Sequence record: SRR31156797_1272
Strand: one strand, 5' to 3'
Length of the DNA: 38,786 bases
Shown here: one piece after another, positions 10,519 to 20,788 of the stretch
How the letters are laid out: each line of letters opens with the position of its first letter
Numbering within the stretch: the stretch's first letter is position 1
Translations under genes and position numbers: made by a program
The notes under the pieces: model-generated
Databases searched by the model: none
What the model was told of the DNA's origin: nothing
What the model saw: the letters and a program-made list of their open reading frames with translations, nothing else

Positions 10519-10542
10519 AAAAAAAGTAAGTTTTTATTTAAA

Positions 10543-11667
10543 CTACTGATAAAACATTAAACCGCGTGCCGGTTTCCATTTGCTTGTGTATTTCTCCACA
10601 AAATCTTTTTCACGCTCAATGTCTTTCATTAATCCGGGCAATTTTTTTCGAGCGGCCTTTATCAGCTTATTCAGATCATCGTTTGAGGCCATTAAGCCAT
10701 AAAGCATATCGTTGGCTGCATAAATAGCTTGACTGGCATCATTAATTAAGTGCTTAATCTGCTTTTCATCCAGTTTGGGATTTCTAAATTGTCTGTTTTT
10801 GTGTGTGATGTACAGATTAAAAGCATCGATCCCGTAGTTTAATGTATCAATGGCTAGATTATATTTTTTAGTAGTGATTTGCAGAAAGTTTTGATCTACA
10901 TGTAATTGAATAAGCTTGTTTTTAATGCCGCTGGCTATAATCCTGTTATTTGAATTTTCTAATCGGGCTAATTCGTTTAAATCCTTCTGTTTTTGAATGG
11001 AATCTTCGAAGGCATAATCACCGGAAGTTTCCAGTTTAGAGAAATCCTTTGCCATAAAATCACGGTTAACTATCGGGTTATCGATGAATTGCCAGATTGG
11101 ATCAAAAGGCATATGGGTTTTAATAAACTCCTGAGGCGATATTAAAAAGAAATTATCCCTAAAGCGATGAATATACTTGCCGTTGTGCTGATACCCTGCA
11201 GCCCAGGTTGCATCAATCAAATAATAGGCAGAATCTATTTTTATTCCATTCCAGGCATGACTCAAATCTGCAATCTTGCCCGTTGCATTTCGTGTGTATC
11301 CGCTAATCATATAGCTTTCTAATCCAACGGTATTGCTCATTTCACGAAACAGTTCGGCATAATGTTGACAAACACCTTTTCTTCTTTTCAGCACATCTTC
11401 AACAATATTATAAGAGGCATCATACTGTTTTTGCGCATACATTAAATTCATGTCGTATTTAATGTTATGCGCTATCCAAATGTATATGGCCCGGGCTTTT
11501 TCTGTATCAGATTCTAAATTTTGGGTTAAATGATTTGCAATAGCCTTGTAATCCCTTAATGAATTAGGAACCGATTTTGACAGGCTGTCAATAGTTGCAT
11601 AATCAGTCTGGCTAAACCCCCAAGTAGATACTATAAGTAATCCGGCTAGTACAAATGTTCTTATCAT
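10543..11667 (-). CDS. Secreted transglutaminase-like domain protein
   Basis: Signal peptide. KARAIYIWIAHNIKYD and intact Cys-His-Asp triad (GVCQHYA, HAWN, LIDATW). Confidence 0.88.
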   Translation of the reverse strand: MIRTFVLAGLLIVSTWGFSQTDYATIDSLSKSVPNSLRDYKAIANHLTQNLESDTEKARAIYIWIAHNIKYDMNLMYAQKQYDASYNIVEDVLKRRKGVCQHYAELFREMSNTVGLESYMISGYTRNATGKIADLSHAWNGIKIDSAYYLIDATWAAGYQHNGKYIHRFRDNFFLISPQEFIKTHMPFDPIWQFIDNPIVNRDFMAKDFSKLETSGDYAFEDSIQKQKDLNELARLENSNNRIIASGIKNKLIQLHVDQNFLQITTKKYNLAIDTLNYGIDAFNLYITHKNRQFRNPKLDEKQIKHLINDASQAIYAANDMLYGLMASNDDLNKLIKAARKKLPGLMKDIEREKDFVEKYTSKWKPARGLMFYQ

Positions 11668-11670
11668 TTT

Positions 11671-11700
11671 GCTGCTATTTTAAGCGCTTAAAATAGCAGC
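11671..11700. repeat. Perfect 30-bp palindrome directly upstream of the transglutaminase-like start codon
   Basis: GCTGCTATTTTAAGCGCTTAAAATAGCAGC equals its own reverse complement. Confidence 0.9.
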
Positions 11701-11792
11701 TTTATTTTATTCTACCATAATAAAAAAGGTTGATCGCAATTCAGGTATTTACTTAGGGGTAGTTTTTAATAAAGAAGTAGTAGATATTACTC

Positions 11793-11829
11793 AAAAAAAG
11801 ACCTCATTTATTAATGAATAAATGAGGTC
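11793..11829 (-). terminator. Rho-independent terminator after the alginate-lyase-family gene
   Basis: GACCTCATTTATT-AATG-AATAAATGAGGTC, with A7 on the + strand (U run on the - strand). Confidence 0.88.
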
Positions 11830-11872
11830 GAATTACGCATTGTCGAATAATACTATGATTAGTATTTATCTT

Positions 11873-14800
11873 TTATTTTTTGATTATTCTTTTGGTTAGT
11901 TTGTAATCCCGGCCTACAAATTCTATTAAATATACGCCGCTTATAAGTTGTCCCATTTCGATAGAAATGCGGCCATTGTTGTAATTCACAGGGCAATTGA
12001 TTAGACTACCACTTATGTTATAAATGTTTATTTGATTGGCTTCAGGAGTGTCTGTAAAAGTGATAGTGCAAATATCATTTACGGGATTTGGTTGAATTTT
12101 TATACTATTACTATTTACTTTGTTAATGCTGCTGCTTTTTGCATTGACAGTTACTTCAACAGAGTTTTCTCCTTCATACGGACCACTTATGGCAGAAACC
12201 ACATAATAATAAGTGCCATCTGCTACGCTTCTGTTTGTATAGCTGGTTCTGATTGTTGAGCGTAATGTTTCATATTCTCCCCCCTGAGTAGTAGAACGTT
12301 TAACATTATATGATCTGGCTCCAGGAACTGCGTCCCAACTAAGTTCAACATCTCCATCAACTAAAACTGCTTGCAGATTCGCAGGCACATCTGGTATAAT
12401 TCTGTTTTGTAATTCTACAATTTCTTCCTGACTAAACCCTCTGTTATATATGTATAATTCATCCAATGTTCCCTGAAAAAGAGGATCGGCATATTGCGAT
12501 TTCCCAAGGTAATTTTGTCCGGTATAACCTAAATCTGAAGGACTGATAGTAACGCTACTGTTGCTTCCGGCTACTTCACCGTTTATGTATAGAATACATT
12601 GATTTCCTGTTTTGCTAACTGCAAAGTGTGTCCACTCTTCGCTAACTAAAGTATGAGTGGTGGTTATGGTTTGCTCGCTGCCTCCGTTTTTTATGGCAAA
12701 TCTTGCATAGCCATCACTAGCCAGTCCAGTTAAAAAAAGATAGTTATCTGTTCCATTACCAAAATCCCATATGCGCGACCAGGTTTCAATAGTGCTTGGA
12801 TAAACCCAAAGGGCAATGGTAAAATCATCCAGTGAACTTGTTATATCAGCAGGTAAACTAGCATATGAATCAGTACTGCCATCCAATCCAATACCGCTAT
12901 TGCGAGCAGCATAGCGTACCCAGCTTGACCCATTTAATTCCAATGTATTTCCTTGCCAAATGTCCTCAGCTGTGCTACCTATATTTTCGTCCATAGGCCA
13001 ATAACCAAAATGGTCTATGGAAGAAAGAATATAAAGAGAATAAGTAAGAGAATATTCCTTTCCATCATAAGTATAGGTTACACTTATTTCGCTTGCCTCT
13101 TCAGGATTGCTAATGGTTAAGGTTGGTTCAGTAGAACCATCACTCCAAAGCCAGGTACCGCCTTCTACACCTTTTTTAACTTGTGGTGCCAATGTAACAG
13201 ATTGCTCACTGGTTAAAGCGATATTCGATTTATAAACAGTAGTACCTTCATCAATATTATATGCATAACCTAGTGTGTCCACTTGTATATGGAAACCAAT
13301 TTTATGTTGAGCACCTCCTCGGTTTGTTCCAATTACATAACAAGTAGAATCTGCGTTTGCCAGATTTATAGTAACGGTACCATTTGTTTCTCCATTATCC
13401 CATTGGAATGACGAACGCCAGGATGAAGACCACACAGATAATTGAACGATGGTATTCTGCTTTACAGTAATAACAGTGTCATTATAACTAGTACCATCAT
13501 ATTTAATAGAATAGAAATATCGATCAGGCCAGCAATCACCATCTACAGCTATACTAAAGGCTTGCGTGCTCGCTATTCCATTGGAATTGATATAGGTCAC
13601 CCTATATAGTTTACTTTCATCAGCTGTAATCTCTATTTCCTGAGAAGTTTCACCGGATTCCCATGACCAATTGCCTGTATTAGTTTCTCCTTCAGGTAAT
13701 ACGGGAATTAAAGTAACTGAACTTCCTGCCACAATATTGGATAATTCTCCTTTATCATAAGTTGTACCATCGTAGGTAATCTGTGTTGATATAGTTGTAG
13801 GTGCCTGCTCGGCAGTAACTGCCTCGCGGGTGCAGGTTAATGTTGAAAAACCAAGATGATCGTAACCTCCACTGGTACTACCTCCTCCTCCAAAGTCGGC
13901 ACCAATATTATCTCTCATAACAGTAGAATATGGCAAGGATATACCTTTAATACCTTCATAATGTCCAATAATTCTATCCCAATATGGACGAAATTGCCCC
14001 CTGCCACCACCGTTGTTACCTGCTTGAACCCAGGAATTATGAATCGCAGTACGCACATCATGGTACCAGTAATTTTTCCATGGTAGGTCCTCTGTTCCTG
14101 TATTGTAAGCGGCTACAAATTCAATACCTGCAGCCAAGCGGTTATCCATATAACCAAATAAATCGTCGCCTTGGTTCCACGCAATCTGACAAATATCGGT
14201 AGCCAAGCCAAGAGCCATCAACGTGTGTCCCTGATCACGTCCTGATTCTTGCATTTGTCCAAGTTGTCCATATGGTCCTCTTTCATCTTCCCATACTATT
14301 GGAACAAGATTACCAATAAATTCAGTTAAGCCATCATTAACAAGATGATCATCGCCAGTCTTATCTTCTCTAAAAGTACCTACTATATCGTATTTGTAGT
14401 AGGAAAGTCCTTGGTTGTATACGAACGGGTCATCACAAAGTACACCTATACTTACCAAAGCCAAAGTGTTACATAAGCCCCAGTTCGACCAGTAGTGACC
14501 GGGTCTGCCCTGGCTCCATGTATCATGTCTTCGTTCCAAAAAGTCAACAATGTATGGATACCACACGTACATCATCCATTCCTGGTAAGCTTTAAAGTCA
14601 GTAGCCGACCAACCTTCATAATCACGCATAATTTCGGCTGCATTGGCAAACTCATATCCGTATAATCCGGATGCTAAAGATAGGTTTGAATTACCTCCAA
14701 TGCCGGTGGTTGTCGAAGCCCAGGCATTTAGTATCTGTACCGCTCTATCTGCATGTGCCACATCGCCACTGATTTTCCAACGAAGTGCATTCATATAAGC

Positions 14801-15082
14801 AGCATGCGCTCCACGGGCTGCGTTAATATAGTTTTCATCCCCGGCAATTCCTCTTTTTATGGTTTCTACCGGCCAGGTTCCTATATTGGATTGTGACCAT
14901 TCATTCGCTTTAAGGTTTTCATAAGCTGCCACTACCATTTCATTCCCGTCTGCCAATTGTGTTTTTATTCTATCAAAATCTTCTTGAGTGTGCAAGGCTC
15001 CGGGGTGTTTAAATCCTTGGGCATGCAAACACAGGTTAAAGATTATCCCACTAATAAATAGTATCCATTTAGCTCTTTCCAT
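11873..15082 (-). CDS. T9SS-secreted alginate-lyase-family (alpha/alpha toroid) protein with Ig-like, LamG/ConA-like and FN3 modules
   Basis: Signal peptide. FKHPGALHTQEDFDRIK, ILNAWA, SNWGLCN, QMQESGRDQGH. LamG (DFTIALWV…WSRIWDFG…WTHFAVS…GTLDELYIYNR). FN3 (LSWDAVPGARSYNVKRS). T9SS CTD (IQPNPV…GVYLIE). Substrate not established. Confidence 0.75.
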   Translation of the reverse strand: MERAKWILFISGIIFNLCLHAQGFKHPGALHTQEDFDRIKTQLADGNEMVVAAYENLKANEWSQSNIGTWPVETIKRGIAGDENYINAARGAHAAYMNALRWKISGDVAHADRAVQILNAWASTTTGIGGNSNLSLASGLYGYEFANAAEIMRDYEGWSATDFKAYQEWMMYVWYPYIVDFLERRHDTWSQGRPGHYWSNWGLCNTLALVSIGVLCDDPFVYNQGLSYYKYDIVGTFREDKTGDDHLVNDGLTEFIGNLVPIVWEDERGPYGQLGQMQESGRDQGHTLMALGLATDICQIAWNQGDDLFGYMDNRLAAGIEFVAAYNTGTEDLPWKNYWYHDVRTAIHNSWVQAGNNGGGRGQFRPYWDRIIGHYEGIKGISLPYSTVMRDNIGADFGGGGSTSGGYDHLGFSTLTCTREAVTAEQAPTTISTQITYDGTTYDKGELSNIVAGSSVTLIPVLPEGETNTGNWSWESGETSQEIEITADESKLYRVTYINSNGIASTQAFSIAVDGDCWPDRYFYSIKYDGTSYNDTVITVKQNTIVQLSVWSSSWRSSFQWDNGETNGTVTINLANADSTCYVIGTNRGGAQHKIGFHIQVDTLGYAYNIDEGTTVYKSNIALTSEQSVTLAPQVKKGVEGGTWLWSDGSTEPTLTISNPEEASEISVTYTYDGKEYSLTYSLYILSSIDHFGYWPMDENIGSTAEDIWQGNTLELNGSSWVRYAARNSGIGLDGSTDSYASLPADITSSLDDFTIALWVYPSTIETWSRIWDFGNGTDNYLFLTGLASDGYARFAIKNGGSEQTITTTHTLVSEEWTHFAVSKTGNQCILYINGEVAGSNSSVTISPSDLGYTGQNYLGKSQYADPLFQGTLDELYIYNRGFSQEEIVELQNRIIPDVPANLQAVLVDGDVELSWDAVPGARSYNVKRSTTQGGEYETLRSTIRTSYTNRSVADGTYYYVVSAISGPYEGENSVEVTVNAKSSSINKVNSNSIKIQPNPVNDICTITFTDTPEANQINIYNISGSLINCPVNYNNGRISIEMGQLISGVYLIEFVGRDYKLTKRIIKK

Positions 15083-15175
15083 AGTCCTAAAAATGTTTTG
15101 TAAAATTAACTGATTTTAGTTTTCGAATGTAAAATTAGTTGAAGTTAATTTCAGAACATTATTTCTGGGTTCTAT

Positions 15176-15205
15176 ACTTGTTTCATTTTAAAAAATGAAA
15201 CAAGT
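15176..15205. promoter_or_regulatory. 14-bp-arm inverted repeat upstream of the lyase gene (operator or terminator)
   Basis: ACTTGTTTCATTTT-AA-AAAATGAAACAAGT. Confidence 0.5.
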
Positions 15206-15322
15206 GGTAGTTTGTAATGAAAAGAATACTAGTGTTTTGAGGGAGTGTGTTAGTTGGGACTAAATAATGTGATAAATAAAAGTTTAAAAGTGATTATTAT
15301 TTTTTTTACCAAAATTAGGTGC

Positions 15323-18124
15323 TTATTCGCTCACCACATCTTTATGCAAGTGTTCATAAATTGTTCGGATCAATTGCTCTTTTTTTATGGGTTTGGCTAA
15401 ATAATCAGTACAACCAATAGCCATAAACTTTTGTTTGTCGTTATTCATAGCATAGGCGGTTTGAGCTATGATTGGCAGTTCGGGTTTAAGTTTCCGAATT
15501 TCGACAGTAGCTTCTATTCCAGTTAAATCGGGCATCTGAATATCCATAAGAATTAACTGGATATGATCATCAGAAAGTGCTTTTTCAATGGTTTCTCTAC
15601 CTGTTTTCGAACGAATGAGTTGTAATTTGTATTTGGCTAAAGCTGTTTCGAGATATTTGTAATTATAGTCTTCGTCTTCGGCTATCAGAATAAGCTCGTT
15701 GTTAAATTCGTAATCGCTTAGTTTAGGGTGAGCCCAATTTTTCTTATTTATATGAATGGGGACATGCAGAATGGTAAAATAAAATGTTGTGCCTTTATCT
15801 ACTTCAGATTCTAACCAAATATCTCCTCCGAGCAGTTCTGTACAAGCTTTGGCTATCGATAAGCCAAGACCGGTTCCTCCGTAAATTTTTTCAGTTTCAT
15901 GTGCCGCTTGTTGAAAACGGTCGAAGATTTTAGTTTGTTTTTCTTTGGCTATTCCAATACCGGTATCGCTGACAAAAAATCTGATTTTATCATTTTCAAT
16001 ATCGTAGCCAAACTCAATTTCTCCTTCGTGGGTAAACTTTAAGGCATTCCCTATCAGGTTCATCAATATTTGTCGTAGTCGCGTTTCGTCGGTTAGTAAA
16101 AACATTTTCTTTACCGGCATATGTACTTTCAGATGGATATTGAAATTGTTTTTACTCAATTGCCCGGAGTGAAAAGTGTTATATAAATCTATCAGTAAAG
16201 CATTCAAATCGACTTTTGTTTTACTAATGGTAATTTGTCCGGCATCAATTTTAGAAATATCAATGATATCATTAATTAAATTAAGCAGATGATTTCCTTC
16301 ATTCATAATGATATCCGCATATTTTTCGATTTCTCCTTTAGGATTACTCGGATCTTTTAAAAACGAAGCAAAGCCTATGATAGCGTTCATCGGAGTACGT
16401 ATTTCGTGGCTCATATTTGCTAAAAATGCAGATTTTAGCTGGTTGCTTTCTTCGGCTTCGTTTTTGGCCTTAATTATATTTTTTTCGTATGTCTTAATTT
16501 TAGTTACATCGGTAATAACGGTAGCAAAGTATCCTTTTTTAGGAGAGTAGGCAGTCACTTCATAATAACTTTCCAAATCTTTGGCGTAGTTTTCAAAACG
16601 TAAGGGAATTCCAGAAGATGCTACTTCGCTATAGTTTTCAATCCAAACATCCTCAATGTTTGGTAAAACCTGTTTAACTGTTTTTCCCAAGCAATCTTTA
16701 ACTTTAAGGCCTGTAACTTTTTCAAAAGCTTTGTTGAGTAATACAAATTGATAATCAATTGGGCGATTAGCTTTGTCGTAAATCATTTTATGCAACGCAA
16801 ATCCCTGTTCCATATTTTCAAACAGCAGTCTGAATTGCTGTTCACTCTCTTCAACTTCTGTTTTGGTTTTGATGAGTTCCTCTTCAATATGTTTTTGTCG
16901 GGTTATATCCTGAGCTGCTCCCCAAAGTCCTGTAATTTCTTTTTTATTGTTATACACAGCTTCACCGCGCACCCACATCCAACCGTTACTGCCGTCTTTT
17001 TTTATGGTTTTCAATTCTAATTCATATGGAATACCTTCTGTTCTTGTTTTTTCAAGAGATGTACTTAATAGATTCCAGCTTTCGGGTATAAACAGTTTTT
17101 GATGCTCATTATATGGAGGAGGAGGAAGGCTTGGATCAAAACCATACATTTTATACAACTCCTCGGTCCATTCTACTTCGTTGGTTTTTATATCTAAATA
17201 CCAGCTGCCCAGATGGGCAATTTTTTGTGCTTTGATCAGGTTAAACTGGCTTTTTTCTAATTTTTGCTTTGCATCCTTTAGTGTTTCACTTGATTTTTTC
17301 TGAGCTGTTAAATCCAATCCAAAAGCCCAATTCTCATTTCCATTGGAATTAAAATACCATCGTATGTATTTTTTAGAACCATCTTTACATTGAACCCAGG
17401 CGTCAACCGGTTCAATATCTGATTTTTCAGCTATCGCTTTTTCCATTTTTAGGTTCCACTCTTTCATTATTTGGGCACGATAAACTTCATCTGGGAAAGC
17501 TTTGGGCCACCAATGAGCTGCAGTAGGAACTTCTCTCATTGTATACCCAAATAATTGAATAAATGTATGATTAATATATTCCGCTTTTATATCAGGACCT
17601 TTGGACATATAAATTGCCAAAGGTGATTTAGCAAACATGCGTCTGAACTTTTTCTCACTTTCCAGTGCCTGATGACTGGCATTTATAATAATATCGGAAT
17701 TTTTTAAGGAGGTAATATCTTGATGAGCACCCATTAAGCGTATCGGTTTGTTGTCTTTATCGCAAATAGCTTTTCCAAAACACCTAATCCATACGGTTGA
17801 ACCATCTTTATGTTTAAATCTAACTATTTGATCGTATGAGTGAGTAGGGTCGTCAAGATGTTTTTGAAGGTTGTGGTTAATTAAATCTAAATCCTCAGGG
17901 AAAATAATAGCTTTCCAGGCACTGGCTTTTTGAGGCATATCTAGAGGGTTATATCCAAGCGTCGTCCAAAAACGTTCATTCATCCATTCGTTTTCAGGCT
18001 CTTCCAAATCCCAATACCATAAGCCGTCAAACAGGTTTTCCTGAATAAAATCAAAAATAGAACTATCATTCTGTATTAATTCAAACAGCTCTTGCTGCAG
18101 GTAGTCTTTTTCCACATCTCCCAT
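15323..18124 (-). CDS. Cytoplasmic multi-PAS hybrid sensor histidine kinase/response regulator
   Basis: About four PAS/PAC domains and no TM segment. H-box FLANMSHEIRTPMNAI, N-box NLIGNALKFT, DTGIGI, GTGLGLSI, receiver ILMDIQMP…DYLAKP. Confidence 0.93.
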   Translation of the reverse strand: MGDVEKDYLQQELFELIQNDSSIFDFIQENLFDGLWYWDLEEPENEWMNERFWTTLGYNPLDMPQKASAWKAIIFPEDLDLINHNLQKHLDDPTHSYDQIVRFKHKDGSTVWIRCFGKAICDKDNKPIRLMGAHQDITSLKNSDIIINASHQALESEKKFRRMFAKSPLAIYMSKGPDIKAEYINHTFIQLFGYTMREVPTAAHWWPKAFPDEVYRAQIMKEWNLKMEKAIAEKSDIEPVDAWVQCKDGSKKYIRWYFNSNGNENWAFGLDLTAQKKSSETLKDAKQKLEKSQFNLIKAQKIAHLGSWYLDIKTNEVEWTEELYKMYGFDPSLPPPPYNEHQKLFIPESWNLLSTSLEKTRTEGIPYELELKTIKKDGSNGWMWVRGEAVYNNKKEITGLWGAAQDITRQKHIEEELIKTKTEVEESEQQFRLLFENMEQGFALHKMIYDKANRPIDYQFVLLNKAFEKVTGLKVKDCLGKTVKQVLPNIEDVWIENYSEVASSGIPLRFENYAKDLESYYEVTAYSPKKGYFATVITDVTKIKTYEKNIIKAKNEAEESNQLKSAFLANMSHEIRTPMNAIIGFASFLKDPSNPKGEIEKYADIIMNEGNHLLNLINDIIDISKIDAGQITISKTKVDLNALLIDLYNTFHSGQLSKNNFNIHLKVHMPVKKMFLLTDETRLRQILMNLIGNALKFTHEGEIEFGYDIENDKIRFFVSDTGIGIAKEKQTKIFDRFQQAAHETEKIYGGTGLGLSIAKACTELLGGDIWLESEVDKGTTFYFTILHVPIHINKKNWAHPKLSDYEFNNELILIAEDEDYNYKYLETALAKYKLQLIRSKTGRETIEKALSDDHIQLILMDIQMPDLTGIEATVEIRKLKPELPIIAQTAYAMNNDKQKFMAIGCTDYLAKPIKKEQLIRTIYEHLHKDVVSE

Positions 18125-18198
18125 ATTTAGTTCATGTTGCTTAAAGTTATTGGAAAATATGCAAAAAATCCACCAAGTAGGAATTATAATATATGGTG

Positions 18199-19323
18199 TT
18201 AGAAAATTAATTTTTGTCGGGTGAATTCTTCTGCAGCCAGTTGAACGTATAATGAGGCATTTTTCATGGAGTCCTCTTTGCTTTGCGCATAAGACTTGAT
18301 TTCTTTCATGTAATGGATTGACTCTGGAAGTTTGTCATTAGACAGGAACTTATTTATTCCGCAAATGATAGCGACTTTTTGTTTGGTTACAGATTGTAAA
18401 ATACCTTGAATAACTTTACCGGATAAAGTTTGATCGTCAAAGCTACCTTCTCCAGTAATAATCCAATCTGCATTTTCAATTTTACTATTAAATCCAGATA
18501 AGGTCTTCATCAGTTCTATGCCTTGCGCTATACTTGCATTTAAAAAGATTCTGCTTCCGCCACCAAGACCACCTGCTGCACCGGAACCCGGAAGACTTTG
18601 CAAGTTGAGTTGATATTGTTTTTTTACAACTTCGTTAAAATTACGGAGTCCATTATCCAGCAGTTTAATGTCTTGCGGCGAGGCTCCTTTTTGCGAAGCA
18701 TATACATATGCTGCTCCGTCTTTACCAAAAAAGAGGTTGTTCACATCAGAGGCAATACTAAATTTAACTGTATGGATTTGAGGATAAACCCGAGAAGAAT
18801 CAATACGATGTAGATGGATTAAATCATGACCAATGCCTTTTAATTCCTTTTGGTCCTGGTCAAAAAAACGATATCCTAAAGCTCGTGCCATGCCCATTCC
18901 TGCATCGTTGGTGGCACTGCCTCCAATTCCTAAAATAATGTTTGTAACACCTTTTTCTATGGCATGATTAATTAGTTGACCAGTACCAAAAGTAGAGGTG
19001 AGAAGCGGATTTTTATCTTCCTTTTTTAAGAGATGTAAGCCAGAAGCTTCAGCCATTTCAATAAAGGCTGTTTTTGTATTTCTGTTAAATAAATAAGTAG
19101 CCTGAATCTTTTTACCTACAGGATTTTGCACCTCAGCCTGAATCTTCTCTCCTCCTAAATAATATTTAATCACTTCAACAGTACCATCACCTCCATCAGC
19201 CATGGGAACCTTTATGATATGTGCTTGAGGCAAGTATTTAAGAATTCCTTTTTCAATTGATCTGCAAAAATCAATGCTACGCAATGAACCTTTCATTTTA
19301 TCCGGAGCAATTATAATATTCAT
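18199..19323 (-). CDS. glxK: Glycerate kinase (GlxK/GarK family)
   Basis: IIIAPDKMKGSL, PMADGGDGT, IEMAEASGL, GIGGSATNDAG, GAAGGLG, ITGEGSFDDQTLSGKV. Confidence 0.92.
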   Translation of the reverse strand: MNIIIAPDKMKGSLRSIDFCRSIEKGILKYLPQAHIIKVPMADGGDGTVEVIKYYLGGEKIQAEVQNPVGKKIQATYLFNRNTKTAFIEMAEASGLHLLKKEDKNPLLTSTFGTGQLINHAIEKGVTNIILGIGGSATNDAGMGMARALGYRFFDQDQKELKGIGHDLIHLHRIDSSRVYPQIHTVKFSIASDVNNLFFGKDGAAYVYASQKGASPQDIKLLDNGLRNFNEVVKKQYQLNLQSLPGSGAAGGLGGGSRIFLNASIAQGIELMKTLSGFNSKIENADWIITGEGSFDDQTLSGKVIQGILQSVTKQKVAIICGINKFLSNDKLPESIHYMKEIKSYAQSKEDSMKNASLYVQLAAEEFTRQKLIF

Positions 19324-19371
19324 GACACTTAAGGTGCAATGTTGATGAGATAAAAATAAGAAACGAAAAAT

Positions 19372-19548
19372 TTACTTTTTGCTTCGCTTCATTTCTCGGG
19401 GTGCTTTAATGATTATTTGTTCACCACAATGGTAGCAAATATAAATTTCGCAGCCGGTGCAGGCAAAACAATTGCTGCATTTACGCTTTAGGTCTGCTGA
19501 TGTATACTTACTGTTACAATGTGGGCATTGAATAATTTCTTTGTTCAT
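19372..19548 (-). CDS. Small 58-aa cysteine-rich putative metal-binding protein (absent from the ORF track)
   Basis: Manual translation: MNKEIIQCPHCNSKYTSADLKRKCSNCFACTGCEIYICYHCGEQIIIKAPREMKRSKK*. Eight Cys, all in CxxC spacing. Confidence 0.75.
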   Translation of the reverse strand: MNKEIIQCPHCNSKYTSADLKRKCSNCFACTGCEIYICYHCGEQIIIKAPREMKRSKK

Positions 19549-19702
19549 TGAGTGAGTTAATCTTATTGTTTTACAGTTTTTTAGTTGTAAAATATTTTGT
19601 TGTTCTGAAACTTTTATTTGGGTAATTCGTTTCTTAATTACGAATATACTCTTTAAACCTTATTTTGTCTTATAGAACAAAAATACTAATACCATTTTAA
19701 CA

Positions 19703-20788
19703 ATGCCTAAATCTAAAAAAAGTATACTTAAAAAGTTATTCAGATATATGATGTCATTTGGCGTATTAATGGGCATCATTTTTCCTGTCTACGCCAACTT
19801 TTTTGTGAATTGGAAAGAGGGATTCTTTGTTTACTTTGTCATTGGATGTATAATGGCCGGAATTACAGTTGGAGTAGTGAGTTACTGGTTTGTAAAATCC
19901 ATTTTAATTAAGGAACTATTAAAAGTATCACATGTAGCTAAGGGTATTGCGAATAACGAAATTAGTGAAGAATTGGATATTCAAAGTGATGATGCAGTAG
20001 GTGAAATTGCCAATGGGTTTAATGTGGTATTAAAAACTTTAAATGATATTGTATCAAAAACCAAGAGTATTACTAACGAGGTGAATGATATTGGAGGAAA
20101 CGGAAATGAACACCAACAATCTGTTTTTTCAATAGATCATTTAACTAATACTATTCAACACGTTAAAATTAATACAGGATCCATTTCTCAGTTGTCCGAT
20201 AATATTAGGGATGAAGTACTTCATATACAAACTTCTGTAAATCAAGCAGGAAAGGATTTAAAAGTATTAGATGAAAATGTGGATGCTTTTACCAAAGTGA
20301 TGGTTACCCTTAATACACAAACTGAAGAAATAAATAAAATAGTTCAATTTGTAAGTGAAGTAGCTTCACAAACCAATATTTTAGCTTTAAATGCATCCAT
20401 AGAAGCTTCTAAAGCCGGTGAATTCGGAAAGAGTTTTGCTGTTGTTGCTGCCGAAGTTAGAAAACTATCTACTCATATTGCTGAATCGGTTACGCAGATT
20501 ACCGGAATAGTTAACGAATTAAATAAAGATCTTCAATTAGCAAACAATCTCAATCTTCAAATTACCAACCTGTTTAAGGGTAATATGAATAACAATATCC
20601 AATTCACAGAAATCATTAAGAAGGTTGATTCTTATTCCGATTCCAATATTCAGGAGAATAGAAAGCTAAACGAAGTTATACACGAACTCAACAATACGGT
20701 TCAAAATATCAATAATAAGTTTGCTTCTTTTTACAATTCTGTCAATCATCTAAACGATTCAGTGCAAAAATATCAAAGTGTAAGTTAA
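19703..20788 (+). CDS. Methyl-accepting chemotaxis-like protein (2 TM, HAMP, short signalling domain)
   Basis: Two N-terminal TM helices. HAMP (SDDAVGEIANGFN). Hairpin tip QTNILALNASIEASKAGEFGKSFAVVAAEVRKLS. Confidence 0.88.
   Translation: MPKSKKSILKKLFRYMMSFGVLMGIIFPVYANFFVNWKEGFFVYFVIGCIMAGITVGVVSYWFVKSILIKELLKVSHVAKGIANNEISEELDIQSDDAVGEIANGFNVVLKTLNDIVSKTKSITNEVNDIGGNGNEHQQSVFSIDHLTNTIQHVKINTGSISQLSDNIRDEVLHIQTSVNQAGKDLKVLDENVDAFTKVMVTLNTQTEEINKIVQFVSEVASQTNILALNASIEASKAGEFGKSFAVVAAEVRKLSTHIAESVTQITGIVNELNKDLQLANNLNLQITNLFKGNMNNNIQFTEIIKKVDSYSDSNIQENRKLNEVIHELNNTVQNINNKFASFYNSVNHLNDSVQKYQSVS

Noticed and set aside
906-15082. Treating GH97, GH128-like and the lyase as one PUL
   Set aside because: There is no adjacent susCD, orientations differ, unrelated genes intervene and terminators are separate.
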